A DNA stretch of 64,000 bases from contig CAZHTP010000004.1 in assembly GCA_964535655.1 (NCBI GenBank), positions 75,108 to 139,107 on the forward strand, in the 5' to 3' direction. This stretch comes from an uncultured Gammaproteobacteria bacterium. Lineage in GTDB: Bacteria > Patescibacteriota > Microgenomatia > JALYQM01. Under the pieces are notes generated by a model. It was not told the DNA's origin and ran no database searches. It saw only the letters and a program-made list of their open reading frames with translations. Shown here piece after piece: positions 49,424 through 59,611 of this stretch. Position 1 is the stretch's first letter, and the number at the start of each line of letters is the position of its first letter. The position numbers were made by a program, and so were the translations under genes.

Positions 49424-50347
49424 CTATGATTTTCGTGCAAGAACATTTATGGCTGTCCAAAAAAGGCGTTTCTTTTCAAGTTTTTGAAGCAGAAGTTTCA
49501 ACTTGCCAGAAAAATGAGGCAATTCTGGTGTAAATTCATATCTGAATACTTCAACTTGTTTATATCCGGCTTTTTTGTGCATTTTTTTTATAGTACTTGG
49601 CAAAAAAGATTTTTCATACCCGGTGAACATAAATTTGGTTTTAAATATTTTTCTGTGTATAAAATAAAATAACGGTTTTAATAGGGGGATTTCAGGGATG
49701 TTGCCTGAAAATTGACGATAGGTTAAAGAACTTACTGAAACTACTGGAATAGTATTGATGATATATCCATTTTTTCGGGTAACTTTGTAAAGTTCACATA
49801 ACGCATCTTGTGTTTGTTCGATGTGTTCAAGTGTGCCACCTCCGTAAATGATATCAAAAGTATTTTCTTTAAAAGGAGGATGGGCGATATCGGCACACAC
49901 AAGAAAACAGGGTATTTTGTATAGTTTGGCGATCTGCTTCGTTAAGGCAAGTGAAGTTAAGGAGAAGTCGATACCATAGATTGTGTACCCCTTTTGAGCA
50001 ATGGTATTTATTGCGATACTTCCCCCAATGCCAAGTTCAAGGTAATTACCGTGTTTTTTATTAGGTAATGTTTCGAGCAATTTTCTTAAAGGAAAATACT
50101 CTTTTATTTTTTGTTTAGCAAAATCATAGAGCTTTTCCTCTTTAATATTTCCTTCGTTGTAGAGTTCATGAAATTTTTTTAAAGAGAGTTTTGTTTCTTC
50201 TTCATCAATGATTTGTGTGAAATCAGGAATGCCATTATGTACTGGATAGGTGCGATGACATGTTGAACATACAAGACTTCTTTCGGCTTCTTCAACTGAT
50301 GATCGGCAAATAGGGCAGGCTAGAATAGTAAGAAATTGTTTGTTCAT
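49424..50347 (-). CDS. Trm112-like zinc ribbon fused to a class I SAM methyltransferase
   Basis: ILACPIC...LVCSTC..YPV..GIPDF; LELGIG, GIDFS, PFKENTFDII, TLEH. Confidence 0.85.
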   Translation of the reverse strand: MNKQFLTILACPICRSSVEEAERSLVCSTCHRTYPVHNGIPDFTQIIDEEETKLSLKKFHELYNEGNIKEEKLYDFAKQKIKEYFPLRKLLETLPNKKHGNYLELGIGGSIAINTIAQKGYTIYGIDFSLTSLALTKQIAKLYKIPCFLVCADIAHPPFKENTFDIIYGGGTLEHIEQTQDALCELYKVTRKNGYIINTIPVVSVSSLTYRQFSGNIPEIPLLKPLFYFIHRKIFKTKFMFTGYEKSFLPSTIKKMHKKAGYKQVEVFRYEFTPELPHFSGKLKLLLQKLEKKRLFWTAINVLARKS

Positions 50348-50350
50348 ACT

Positions 50351-51463
50351 TTATACTAGTTTAACTAGTTCATTTTCTAATAATTCCGATTGAATAGCTA
50401 AATCATATTTTTTTTCAGCAAATAGCCGATTTTTTAAACCAATTTCATTTCTTTTTTCAGTGTCGTTTATCATATCATTTAATGCTGCTATTAATTGATC
50501 AAGATTTTGTTCTTCGATAAAGGAGTTTTGCGGTTCAACTTCTTCCACTATTCCACCAGATTTTGTTGCAATGATTGGTAATCCGCTCGCTTGTGCTTCG
50601 AGCAATGTATACGAAAAATATTCATGCCAGAAAGGGATTCCGAGGATACTGCTCGTTTGAGAAGGAGAGCAAAAAATATCTGCGGTTTGGTAAAGGGTCG
50701 GTAACTGAGAGTAGTTAACTTGACCGTGATACACGATAGGTAGGTAGTTGGATGCATTAATAATCTCATTGGTTAGTGCTCCTTTCCCGGCGATATGTAA
50801 TTCTACGTTATTTTCTTTAGATATTGCAGCAAAGGCTTGCAAGAGAAGTCGTATTCCTTTGGCTTCAGATAATGCTCCGACATACAAAATTCGTATTTTT
50901 TCTGATACTTGTTTAATTTTTGCGGGGGTAAATTGCTCAAGACTAATTCCAGGATAAATTACGCGTGTTTTACTTCGTGGAATTCCAATCGAATCGGTGA
51001 ACTCGTAGGCTTTATAATTGCGAAGAATGAACAATTCAGAATTCTTAATAACTTTATTCGTTATTATTGAATAGGGTGGTAACCATGAGGAAATATGATT
51101 CGGAAGATTACACCAGATAATGGTATAGAAAGGGATTCGGTTTCTCTTAGCAAACGTTTCTAATTGATAATTCCAAAAATAATAGGTATCGGTAATTCCT
51201 ATCAGTGAACTGTTTTCTAGAATATTTTCTAAGCCCTTTAACATTTTCCAGGATAGATTGTTGGGAGAATTTGAAATCATTTCTACTGGATCCAATATTA
51301 GTGGAGAATAGTAATTTAAGGAGGCATAAGTAATATTTTGATATTCTGTAGAAACTGGTGTGAAGTTTGTGCTACCAAATAATTCCGGTCTGAAAATTTT
51401 AAATCTATTATAGAGATCAAAATTTATTAATCTACTTTCACTATTTACTACTAGTTTTTTCAT
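50351..51463 (-). CDS. GT4 glycosyltransferase
   Basis: LYVGALSEAKG, ADIFCSPS, EYFSYTLLEAQASGLP. Confidence 0.88.
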   Translation of the reverse strand: MKKLVVNSESRLINFDLYNRFKIFRPELFGSTNFTPVSTEYQNITYASLNYYSPLILDPVEMISNSPNNLSWKMLKGLENILENSSLIGITDTYYFWNYQLETFAKRNRIPFYTIIWCNLPNHISSWLPPYSIITNKVIKNSELFILRNYKAYEFTDSIGIPRSKTRVIYPGISLEQFTPAKIKQVSEKIRILYVGALSEAKGIRLLLQAFAAISKENNVELHIAGKGALTNEIINASNYLPIVYHGQVNYSQLPTLYQTADIFCSPSQTSSILGIPFWHEYFSYTLLEAQASGLPIIATKSGGIVEEVEPQNSFIEEQNLDQLIAALNDMINDTEKRNEIGLKNRLFAEKKYDLAIQSELLENELVKLV

Positions 51464-52562
51464 TGGTGGGACCAAAGGCATCGATTATTGTATTGGCAAT
51501 AATATCATGACCGGCTTGAGAAGGATGTAACAAATCTTCGGAAAGTACCTTTTCTGCTCCGGCTGCTTTCATAGGAGTATACACATCAATTAGTTGCATT
51601 TTTTTAGAATAAGCGAGGTCCTTGATCATTTTATTCCAGGCGATATCTTTACCGCCATTTTCTGTCCAGTCTTTATTGCAGCAGTTTTGATAATAAATAT
51701 TTACAAGGAAAACGGTTCGTTCTGCGGAAGGTGCCGAAGTATTGATTATTTTTTCTAGATTATCTTTTACATATAGCATTTTAAACCCTTCACTACTTTT
51801 GTCCGCGCCACTAATCAAGTCATTAATACCAACCGCAATGCTCACCAAATCTGGATTGGCTTCGTCAATTTCACTTTTAATCCGTGGAACTAAATCTTGA
51901 GTGGTTGTTCCAGTGACTCCTTTGTTTATTGTTTTTAATTTGGGATTGGTTTTTTTAAGGTAATTTGAAAACTGGTCTACCCAACCGTTGTCTTTTGCTG
52001 CTCGTGATCCTTGGGTTATGCTATCGCCTGATGCAAGATATACTTGATAGGAATCTTTTTTCCCTATTGTTGGTTTAATTTCTTCGAATTTTGTTTCTAT
52101 TTTAATTGGTTCACTTCGTAGACCTTCGATTTTGTTGTCAAAGGTTAACGCTGCGACTGAATATGAATAGCTTTCACCTGGGTAGAGATTGGTGTCAGTA
52201 AAGGTTGAAAGCTCTCCGAGTATATCTGTGTACCAAAAACCGTCTCGATAAATGCGATATCCTGAATGAAGTATATATGGTTTCATTTCTGGAGAGAAAG
52301 CTACGAGCTTTCTCTGAGCGAAATTCCATGAAAGTGATACACTGTTAGAAGTTGACTCAGCTTTAAGATCTGTCGGAGCATATAGATCAGATTTAGTGTT
52401 TCCTTCTGTAATTTTTATAGTAAATGTATTTGCAAATTTTTCTGAGATTTTATTTTGTTCTTTTTGGGTCCTTGGATCAATTTTGCGGGAATAGTCGAAG
52501 TAAAAAAATCCCATGGTGAGAGCCAATACAACGCAACCTGCAATAAAGATTATTTTATTCAT
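51441..52562 (-). CDS. Membrane-anchored FN3 + SGNH/GDSL esterase
   Basis: N-terminal TM; FN3 (APTDL...LSW...YRIYRDG...YSYSVAA); GDSIT, GIND, DLLHPS. Confidence 0.88.
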   Translation of the reverse strand: MNKIIFIAGCVVLALTMGFFYFDYSRKIDPRTQKEQNKISEKFANTFTIKITEGNTKSDLYAPTDLKAESTSNSVSLSWNFAQRKLVAFSPEMKPYILHSGYRIYRDGFWYTDILGELSTFTDTNLYPGESYSYSVAALTFDNKIEGLRSEPIKIETKFEEIKPTIGKKDSYQVYLASGDSITQGSRAAKDNGWVDQFSNYLKKTNPKLKTINKGVTGTTTQDLVPRIKSEIDEANPDLVSIAVGINDLISGADKSSEGFKMLYVKDNLEKIINTSAPSAERTVFLVNIYYQNCCNKDWTENGGKDIAWNKMIKDLAYSKKMQLIDVYTPMKAAGAEKVLSEDLLHPSQAGHDIIANTIIDAFGPTNEKTSSK

Positions 52563-53682
52563 ACTTTTTAACTAAATTTAAAAACTGTGTGGAATAGTAT
52601 TCAGGTGATAGTTTTGTCGACACGTATTCCCAGCCTTTCTGTATAGTATACTCGAATTCGTTAGGATGAGACATATACCCAATTAACGCTTGCGAAAGCT
52701 CTTGGGTATTATTTTTTACGACTATTCCAATTGCTTGTTCTTGGATAATTTTTGCCGCTCCTGATCCTTCAACTACGATTGGTAATTTTTTACGGGAGAG
52801 TCCTTCGAAGGGAGTTAAGCCGAGCCCTTCTGGGTAGAAAGCTGTTTGTAATACAATATCGGCGATTTCGTAGTATGCTTCGAGTTGGCTGGCAGATAAT
52901 TTTCCAGTAAAAACAAGCTCAGGGAAAGTAAGTGAATAGTGGTTAAGATCAGTGGGGTTCCCATCTCCAATAAATATCAAAGAAGATTGTGGATATTGTT
53001 TTAGATATTTTATGAATGAGTCAATTGCAAGTTGCTGATTTTTTAAGGGGTGAATGTGGCCGATACAGAGTATCACTTTGCGGTTTTTGAATACTGCGTT
53101 AAGATGTGTCGGTTTCGGATTTTTAATAGGAGAGACTGGAGGAATTAATTCAGCGCAATTTGTATTTGGAAATATTTCTTGTGCATTGATCCTAACTTTA
53201 GGTGAATTAGCTATAATTGAATGGACATGCTTTACTAAGAGTTTATTTATACTAAGTACTGCCTTGGAATACGCTTTTTGAATCGGTGATGATTGGGGAA
53301 AGGGAATTTTTTCAAAGGAATGCATCATCCAAAATATTTTTTTACTCATGAGCTTTCCAATAAGAATTGCTGACCACAAACAGGGAAAGCTATCTGAGAC
53401 GAGAACATTTGCATTCGAGGTGTACTTAGCTGCTTGTACTGTTGCATAGAATGGAGAGATTAAGGTAAATAATACATTGTTTTGAACTATTTTGTTAATA
53501 ACAGTATTTGGTGTGACTACCATAACTCTCGGATCAAAAAAATTCTCAGTTAATTTTGAATTCTTTTTTAGAAAGATTACTGTTACCGTATGTTCTTTCT
53601 CAACTAAGGATTCTGAAAGTGTTGCAATGACTCGTTCAGCCCCTCGATAACTTAACTCTGACTGAATAAATAGAAATTTCAT
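52555..53682 (-). CDS. GT4 glycosyltransferase
   Basis: RGAER, IGHIHPLKNQ, EGLGLTPFE. Confidence 0.85.
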   Translation of the reverse strand: MKFLFIQSELSYRGAERVIATLSESLVEKEHTVTVIFLKKNSKLTENFFDPRVMVVTPNTVINKIVQNNVLFTLISPFYATVQAAKYTSNANVLVSDSFPCLWSAILIGKLMSKKIFWMMHSFEKIPFPQSSPIQKAYSKAVLSINKLLVKHVHSIIANSPKVRINAQEIFPNTNCAELIPPVSPIKNPKPTHLNAVFKNRKVILCIGHIHPLKNQQLAIDSFIKYLKQYPQSSLIFIGDGNPTDLNHYSLTFPELVFTGKLSASQLEAYYEIADIVLQTAFYPEGLGLTPFEGLSRKKLPIVVEGSGAAKIIQEQAIGIVVKNNTQELSQALIGYMSHPNEFEYTIQKGWEYVSTKLSPEYYSTQFLNLVKKYE

Positions 53683-53683
53683 A

Positions 53684-55396
53684 TTACTTTTTGACTAAAT
53701 ATGAGCCAATTGCTAGCGCATCTAATCCTGAATTTTTAAAACAGTTAATTGCTTGCTCTGGTGTGCAGACAATTGGTTCATTCATAACATTGAATGAAGT
53801 ATTTAAAAGTACCGATACTCCGGTGATCCTTTTAAAGGCACTGAGTAGTCTGAAATACTCAGGGTTTTGATCTTCTGATACGGTTTGTACCCGAGCTGTA
53901 CCGTCGACATGGGTTACCGAGGGGATTATAGATTTCATTTCCTCGATTACATCGAAGGTAATAATCATATAGGGTGCCTCTGTGCAATTTTTGAAATACA
54001 ATGAGGCATCTTTTTTAAGTACTGAGGGCGCGAATGGTCTAAAACTTTCGCGGAATTTTACTTTGGCATTTAGTTTGTCTTTATTAGTTGGATCTCTCGG
54101 GTCGGCCAGGATTGAACGATTGCCGAGGGCTCTCGGACCAAATTCGTGTGCTCCTTGAAACCATCCGACAAATTTTCCATCCGCAAGTAGTTGAGCTGTT
54201 GCTGTAAATATATCGCTTTCTTTGGTAAACGTTAGGTTACTTTTTGTGAGTGCTTCGATTATCTCACTTTCACTTGGGGTAAATCCTAAATATGGTGATC
54301 TGTTTTGAGAATCAACTACATGGGTCTTTGCATATTTGTAATACGATAAAAATGCTGCTCCTACTGCTATTCCGTCGTCACCTGCAGCCGGATATACGAA
54401 CAACTCTTTAAAGATATTTGATTCGATAATCTTTCCGTTTGTGACACTATTTAGTGTTACTCCACCTGCCAAGCAGAGTGTATCTTCGCCAGTTATCTTT
54501 TTTGCTCTTTTAACCAAATTTACTATGGTTTCTTCGATAATTACTTGCAGTGCTTTAGCTAAATTCTGGTGTTCTGAAGTTATAGGATCTTTTTTAACTC
54601 GTGGAGCCCCAAACTCTTTTTCGAATTTTTTTGATACTCCTTTATAGGGATTCCACCAAAAATCAAAGTAAGAAAGCTTTAGAGAGAACTTCCCGTTAGG
54701 GTTGATCTGAATAACTTTTTTCATTGTGGGAACTAATGAGGTGTCACCATACGAAGATAACCCCATTACTTTGCCTTCATCGCAGTTTCTGAGGAAACCT
54801 AAGTGATAGGTGATTGCTGTATAGAGTAATCCTAGCGAGTGAGGATAGTTTATCTGGAACTTCCTTCGAAGATGTGTTCCTGATGCTTTATAAATTCGGG
54901 TAGAAGCTCGTTCACCTCTTCCATCAATAGTAATAATGGCTGCAGAATATGCACTTGAGGGGAAGTAGCAAGAAGCAGCATGGGCATCATGATGGTCATG
55001 AAACGCTACTTTGCCTTTGTATTTTAATGTATTCCTTATAAAATCGTGAGTATCGACGATATTATAAATATTTTTTAGTAAGTTAAATATATGATTGTCA
55101 CCTGTTTCGATGAATTCTCTTGTCGAGGGGGGGATGAGTTTAAAAATACCAATTGATGAGAGAAACCACAGTATTTGCCAGCGAATAAAATTAAATCCTA
55201 AGGATATTTCTTGGATTTCATTACTATCTTTTAATCCGGCCTTATCGATGCAAAATCGTATTGCATTAACTGGGATTTTTGCGCTATGTTTTTCTCTATT
55301 AAACCGTTCTTCGCTGCTTGCGGCTATAATCACCCCATCCTTAACTATTGCTGCGCTACTGTCATGACTGAACGGGTTTATTCCGAGTGTTATCAT
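53684..55396 (-). CDS. O-carbamoyltransferase, NodU/CmcH family
   Basis: HDSSAA, EERFNREKH, HHDAHAAS, DGRGE, EGKVMGL, EFGPRALGNRS, FRPFAP, LNTSFN. Confidence 0.95.
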   Translation of the reverse strand: MITLGINPFSHDSSAAIVKDGVIIAASSEERFNREKHSAKIPVNAIRFCIDKAGLKDSNEIQEISLGFNFIRWQILWFLSSIGIFKLIPPSTREFIETGDNHIFNLLKNIYNIVDTHDFIRNTLKYKGKVAFHDHHDAHAASCYFPSSAYSAAIITIDGRGERASTRIYKASGTHLRRKFQINYPHSLGLLYTAITYHLGFLRNCDEGKVMGLSSYGDTSLVPTMKKVIQINPNGKFSLKLSYFDFWWNPYKGVSKKFEKEFGAPRVKKDPITSEHQNLAKALQVIIEETIVNLVKRAKKITGEDTLCLAGGVTLNSVTNGKIIESNIFKELFVYPAAGDDGIAVGAAFLSYYKYAKTHVVDSQNRSPYLGFTPSESEIIEALTKSNLTFTKESDIFTATAQLLADGKFVGWFQGAHEFGPRALGNRSILADPRDPTNKDKLNAKVKFRESFRPFAPSVLKKDASLYFKNCTEAPYMIITFDVIEEMKSIIPSVTHVDGTARVQTVSEDQNPEYFRLLSAFKRITGVSVLLNTSFNVMNEPIVCTPEQAINCFKNSGLDALAIGSYLVKK

Positions 55397-55438
55397 GTGG
55401 GTAGAGTATAGCGTAAACTAAAGTACGTCAAGGTCGAT

Positions 55439-56566
55439 ATGAGGAGAGATTTGTCAGTGCTAATAATTCAGCCATGGTTAAATTACCGTGGAGCGGAAAG
55501 TGTATCAATTGAACTTTGCAAAGAGTTGCAGTCTCGCGGGATACGCTCACGAATATTGTGTTTATATGTTTCTGATGCTGTGGCTGATGAACTAGGTCCG
55601 GAAATGGTGCATGTTCCAAATCGAGTTTGGCAAGTTTTTTTTAAGAACAAAATTTTCTTTATATTGTTTGGCTTTTGGGGGATGTTGCTCCTCGGGATTA
55701 TTCACGGACGTAAATACGAGGTTTATAATCCGCATAATTTCCCCGCTGTATGGGTAGCGGTACTTTGTTCTATTGTTTACTGGCGTCGAGTTGTCTGGAC
55801 GGTGCATAATTTTCCTCAACATCCTTTTCGTGGAAAAGTCGGGACTACTTTTGAATTTCTTATTTCAGGAATTGATTCGTATTTAGTACATCATGTAGAT
55901 ACTATAGTGGCCGTTTCGCAAAAAGTGGCTGCACTAGTTCATTCTAAATATGATGTAACTGCTGAAGTGGTGTATCCAGGAATCCCTGTTTCTTTTTGGC
56001 AGACAAATGTAAGCTTGGATACTTCATTTGAATTTTCGGGAAAGCGAATTCTATTGCATGCGGGACAAATTCGACCTGAAAAACGGCAAGAATCCAGCGT
56101 TGCACTATTTAACTTGATTGCTCAAACTTGCTCTGAATTGGTCTTGGTATTTGCCGGGGAGCGAATTTCCTCACATTATCCCAATCTTGATTTGTTGCCT
56201 AAAAATGTTCGGGATCGTGTTTTTTTTACCGGTCGAATTCCTAAAGAGAAATTACGTTCGCTGTACTCTAATACAGAATTTCTTATTCTTCAGTCACATT
56301 GGGGAGAGGGGTGTAATTTAGTGGCATTGGAAGCTATGGCGAGTGGCGTAGCACATGTTTTTGTAGCAAAAGGGAGTGGAGTAGACGAATTGTTCGATAG
56401 ATATGGTAAGGAAATTGTTTTTGATAGTGAACAAGCTATACAAAAAGTTGCGTCATTAATTGAGCAAAAGTATTTTGAAAAGAGGAAGGATGACTATACA
56501 AATATTGTTGAAATCTCTAGTTTTTCTCATTATACTGATATTTTTCTAAATATCCTTAAAGGGTAA
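55439..56566 (+). CDS. GT4 glycosyltransferase, inverted relative to the cluster
   Basis: RGAES, GQIRPEKRQ, EGCNLVALEAMASG. Confidence 0.85.
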   Translation: MRRDLSVLIIQPWLNYRGAESVSIELCKELQSRGIRSRILCLYVSDAVADELGPEMVHVPNRVWQVFFKNKIFFILFGFWGMLLLGIIHGRKYEVYNPHNFPAVWVAVLCSIVYWRRVVWTVHNFPQHPFRGKVGTTFEFLISGIDSYLVHHVDTIVAVSQKVAALVHSKYDVTAEVVYPGIPVSFWQTNVSLDTSFEFSGKRILLHAGQIRPEKRQESSVALFNLIAQTCSELVLVFAGERISSHYPNLDLLPKNVRDRVFFTGRIPKEKLRSLYSNTEFLILQSHWGEGCNLVALEAMASGVAHVFVAKGSGVDELFDRYGKEIVFDSEQAIQKVASLIEQKYFEKRKDDYTNIVEISSFSHYTDIFLNILKG

Positions 56567-57448
56567 ATGTTTAATTATTTTAAATTGTTCATCCATGCTT
56601 AGTTCTTTTGAGAAGTAATAGTTAGGAAAATATGCTTCTTGAGATGAGAGTGCTGGCAACGTATTTGTAATTAAATTCCGAAGTACGAAAAATGCATTAG
56701 TACCAGAACTATCGCAGCCTACCAGACTATATCCTTTAGTTGCTCCTAGCTTCGCTAACGCACTGAGAGACGCTCCATGATACAAATTGCTTGGGTGTTT
56801 GTTTCCACAGTAAAAATCTGGATCATAGACCGTAGATATTGACCTGCTTACTCCTAACTGCGCATTATATTCTATTACTACAACACGGGGCTTTATCGAA
56901 ACTATGGCTTCCCAGATCCAATAATCATTGCCATCGATGTCGATGGACAATAAATCAATTTCCCCGCTAATATTTGATTTTATACATTCATCGACGCTTT
57001 CCTTTTTCGCTTGGTGATGAATTAACTTAATATTTTTAAAATTAGTACCTAGTAGTTGTTTATAAAAAAAAGTGGCTAGTTCCAAATATTCGATAGTTTG
57101 ATCTATCAGTAGACCTTTCCACTGTTTACGTATCAGGTAGGTCGTATTGTTTTCGGTACCGTCACCGATGCCGATCTCGACGAACACTTTATTTGTCGTT
57201 CCGATTTGAGAGAAAATATATTCAATAATTCCGTCCTCACCATTTTGAGAGTACATGGTTTTTTCATGCTTATTAATTATGTTTTTTTGTGTCGAATTAT
57301 TTAGTTTGAATTGTCTGTTAAGATTATTTCTTTTATATTGTAGTTGTTGAGAAATTAAAATTAACTGTACTTTTTTAGAAAGGTTTCTTCTTAAGTACAT
57401 TGCGATGTTATTGCGAAGCCATTGCACTTTATTCGATATTATTTTCAT
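56546..57448 (-). CDS. FkbM-like methyltransferase-fold protein
   Basis: YSQNGEDGII, FVEIGIGDG, DLLSIDIDGNDYW, PRVVVIEYN, NAFFV. Confidence 0.75.
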   Translation of the reverse strand: MKIISNKVQWLRNNIAMYLRRNLSKKVQLILISQQLQYKRNNLNRQFKLNNSTQKNIINKHEKTMYSQNGEDGIIEYIFSQIGTTNKVFVEIGIGDGTENNTTYLIRKQWKGLLIDQTIEYLELATFFYKQLLGTNFKNIKLIHHQAKKESVDECIKSNISGEIDLLSIDIDGNDYWIWEAIVSIKPRVVVIEYNAQLGVSRSISTVYDPDFYCGNKHPSNLYHGASLSALAKLGATKGYSLVGCDSSGTNAFFVLRNLITNTLPALSSQEAYFPNYYFSKELSMDEQFKIIKHLPFKDI

Positions 57449-58718
57449 AAGATATTATTATTCTATTTTTTTGTAATTCGGATATTCTTTTTTTTATAAT
57501 CTTTTGAATATGACTGTGTAGTGCCATTTGATGATTTGTCCAGGAATATTTTTCTTCAATAGTTTTTGCTGCATTGCGAGAAACAAATTTGGCTATTTCT
57601 TTATTTTCCAAAACTACTTTAATATACTTTCGCATATCGTTGTTGTCACCGGGACTCGCGAGAAATCCATTGTGCCCATGGGTAATTATTTTGGATGGAC
57701 CGGCGTTATCCCACGCTATTACCGGTTTACCCTGAGCCATGGCTTCAATTATTCCCATTCCAAAATCTTCTTCGGGTGACGTATATAGATAGAGCGTACA
57801 TTCCCGATAGAGTCGTTTTAACTCCTTCTCATAAACATACCCCAAGAAATATACATATTTTTCAAGGCGATAGTATTTAACTAGTTTACGTAATTCGTCT
57901 GTATATTCGGTAGTTTCACCAGATATTACTAGTGGGATTTTATCTTCCATGCTATCAAGGATCTCTAAAGCATATTCAAATTTTTTGTGGGGAAAATGAC
58001 GATTGGACATAAATATAAAGGGCTTTTCAATTGTTAGCCTGCGAAATTGAAATATTCCTTTCCCGCTTTCCGGCTTTTTTGTGAGGTTATTTACTGATGC
58101 ACCGGGAGAGCAGACAATTGGGGTTTTACCGTAAATCTGACTTAATACTTTTTGCATATACATTCCGTTGGTAAGAAAAATATCTGCACTTAGAATGCTT
58201 TTTAAATCTATCCAATAAAATAATGGTCGCAATATATTCACTATATGCGGTAAGAATTGCATTTTGTTCTTAATTTGAATTCCTACTTCGTTATCAATAG
58301 GACGCTTGTACAGAATGCGAGTTGGCTGGGCAACATATATGAGGTAGGGAATATTAAAAAGTGACTTTAAAATAAACCCAAAGATCGGACCCGGTTGATT
58401 AGCTCCGATCACTAGATCGTATTTTCGGTACTTAAAAGCCAAAAAAGGGAAGAGCAAACATACCAGTAGTACGCCAATTTCTGGTTTGCGATGGAATACT
58501 TTTGTTATACCAGGAATAATTTCTTTTGCTGCTGCTTTTTTTATTAAATCTGGAAAACATATAGTTGTGTCCAATAGAGGAGAATAACAGTCAACTGTAT
58601 AACCTAATTTACGTAGTAAACTTATTTCCTTAAGCGCAAGTTTTTCTCCTCCGCCTGAATAGAGAAACGCGAGATGAAAATAAGCGACTTTGATATCACT
58701 TGGATTTACTGTAGGCAT
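57429..58718 (-). CDS. GT4 glycosyltransferase
   Basis: SGGGEK and EEDFGMGIIEAMAQGKPVIA; paralog of 44824-46047. Confidence 0.9.
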   Translation of the reverse strand: MPTVNPSDIKVAYFHLAFLYSGGGEKLALKEISLLRKLGYTVDCYSPLLDTTICFPDLIKKAAAKEIIPGITKVFHRKPEIGVLLVCLLFPFLAFKYRKYDLVIGANQPGPIFGFILKSLFNIPYLIYVAQPTRILYKRPIDNEVGIQIKNKMQFLPHIVNILRPLFYWIDLKSILSADIFLTNGMYMQKVLSQIYGKTPIVCSPGASVNNLTKKPESGKGIFQFRRLTIEKPFIFMSNRHFPHKKFEYALEILDSMEDKIPLVISGETTEYTDELRKLVKYYRLEKYVYFLGYVYEKELKRLYRECTLYLYTSPEEDFGMGIIEAMAQGKPVIAWDNAGPSKIITHGHNGFLASPGDNNDMRKYIKVVLENKEIAKFVSRNAAKTIEEKYSWTNHQMALHSHIQKIIKKRISELQKNRIIISYENNIE

Positions 58719-59607
58719 AGTTAGGTATCCAGAGTTTATTAGTTATGAACTCTTCTCGCAGACGCTCAGTAATTATGTTACTTTTATTTTCATTTTCGAT
58801 ATTAAGTTTCTCAAGTGTAAATGGTTGAGAAAGTGCTACATGAAGAGGATTCTCTTTTAAATATATTCTTCGGTCGAATAAGAAATGACGTAAAATCTTC
58901 GCTGTGGTAATCCCGGTGATTTGTGCTGCATATAATTGTATATTCCTGCGCTCGAACGAGCTGTGGGTAATAATTTCTCCTATCCCGTTGTACCACAGTT
59001 CTGGGTTATTGCTTCCGCCATCGGGAAATATTATGACGACATGACCTTCTTTAAGGAGTTGTGCTGCTTTTTCGATTGTATGCTTATTTTGTACTCGTAC
59101 ATCTTCTGGTTTGGCATAACCGGTTAATTGTCTCATTACATAAAAACCAATTGTATTTAAGAATCCGCGATTATACAGATTCTTTTTGGTTCGGGAATAG
59201 GTAATAGGAATTATCTGTTTCCCAATATTTTTTCCTTTATTTTTTTGGTAAATGTCAGCAACGATATACACATCTTCGCGGTTTAAACAGGCTGCTATAA
59301 TAAAAGGATCAAGTCCCGTAGGATGATTACCGAAAATCAGTGCCGGGCCTATAATATCAATTGGGTTTTGGATGTTAATTTCGATATTTAAATCTTTTAA
59401 GTAATTTCGTGTGCTTTCCGAAAAACCTGTGTCTTCAATTTTTTTATCGTACCTGGCATTGATCTTTAAAATGCTTTCGTAGGGTAGGATCAAGAAGAGA
59501 GTTTTTAATAGATACTTAATTGGTATAAATCGCTTTTTGTCGTAAATCCATTCTAAGATTCCAAGCGTTCCTTTTTCGTTATATAGCTGCTTTAGTGCGG
59601 GCATCAT
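58696..59607 (-). CDS. PlsC-like (LPLAT) acyltransferase
   Basis: NHPTGLD (HX4D) and IFPDGG; start probably ATG 59607. Confidence 0.75.
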   Translation of the reverse strand: MMPALKQLYNEKGTLGILEWIYDKKRFIPIKYLLKTLFLILPYESILKINARYDKKIEDTGFSESTRNYLKDLNIEINIQNPIDIIGPALIFGNHPTGLDPFIIAACLNREDVYIVADIYQKNKGKNIGKQIIPITYSRTKKNLYNRGFLNTIGFYVMRQLTGYAKPEDVRVQNKHTIEKAAQLLKEGHVVIIFPDGGSNNPELWYNGIGEIITHSSFERRNIQLYAAQITGITTAKILRHFLFDRRIYLKENPLHVALSQPFTLEKLNIENENKSNIITERLREEFITNKLWIPNYAYSKSK

Positions 59608-59611
59608 GACT

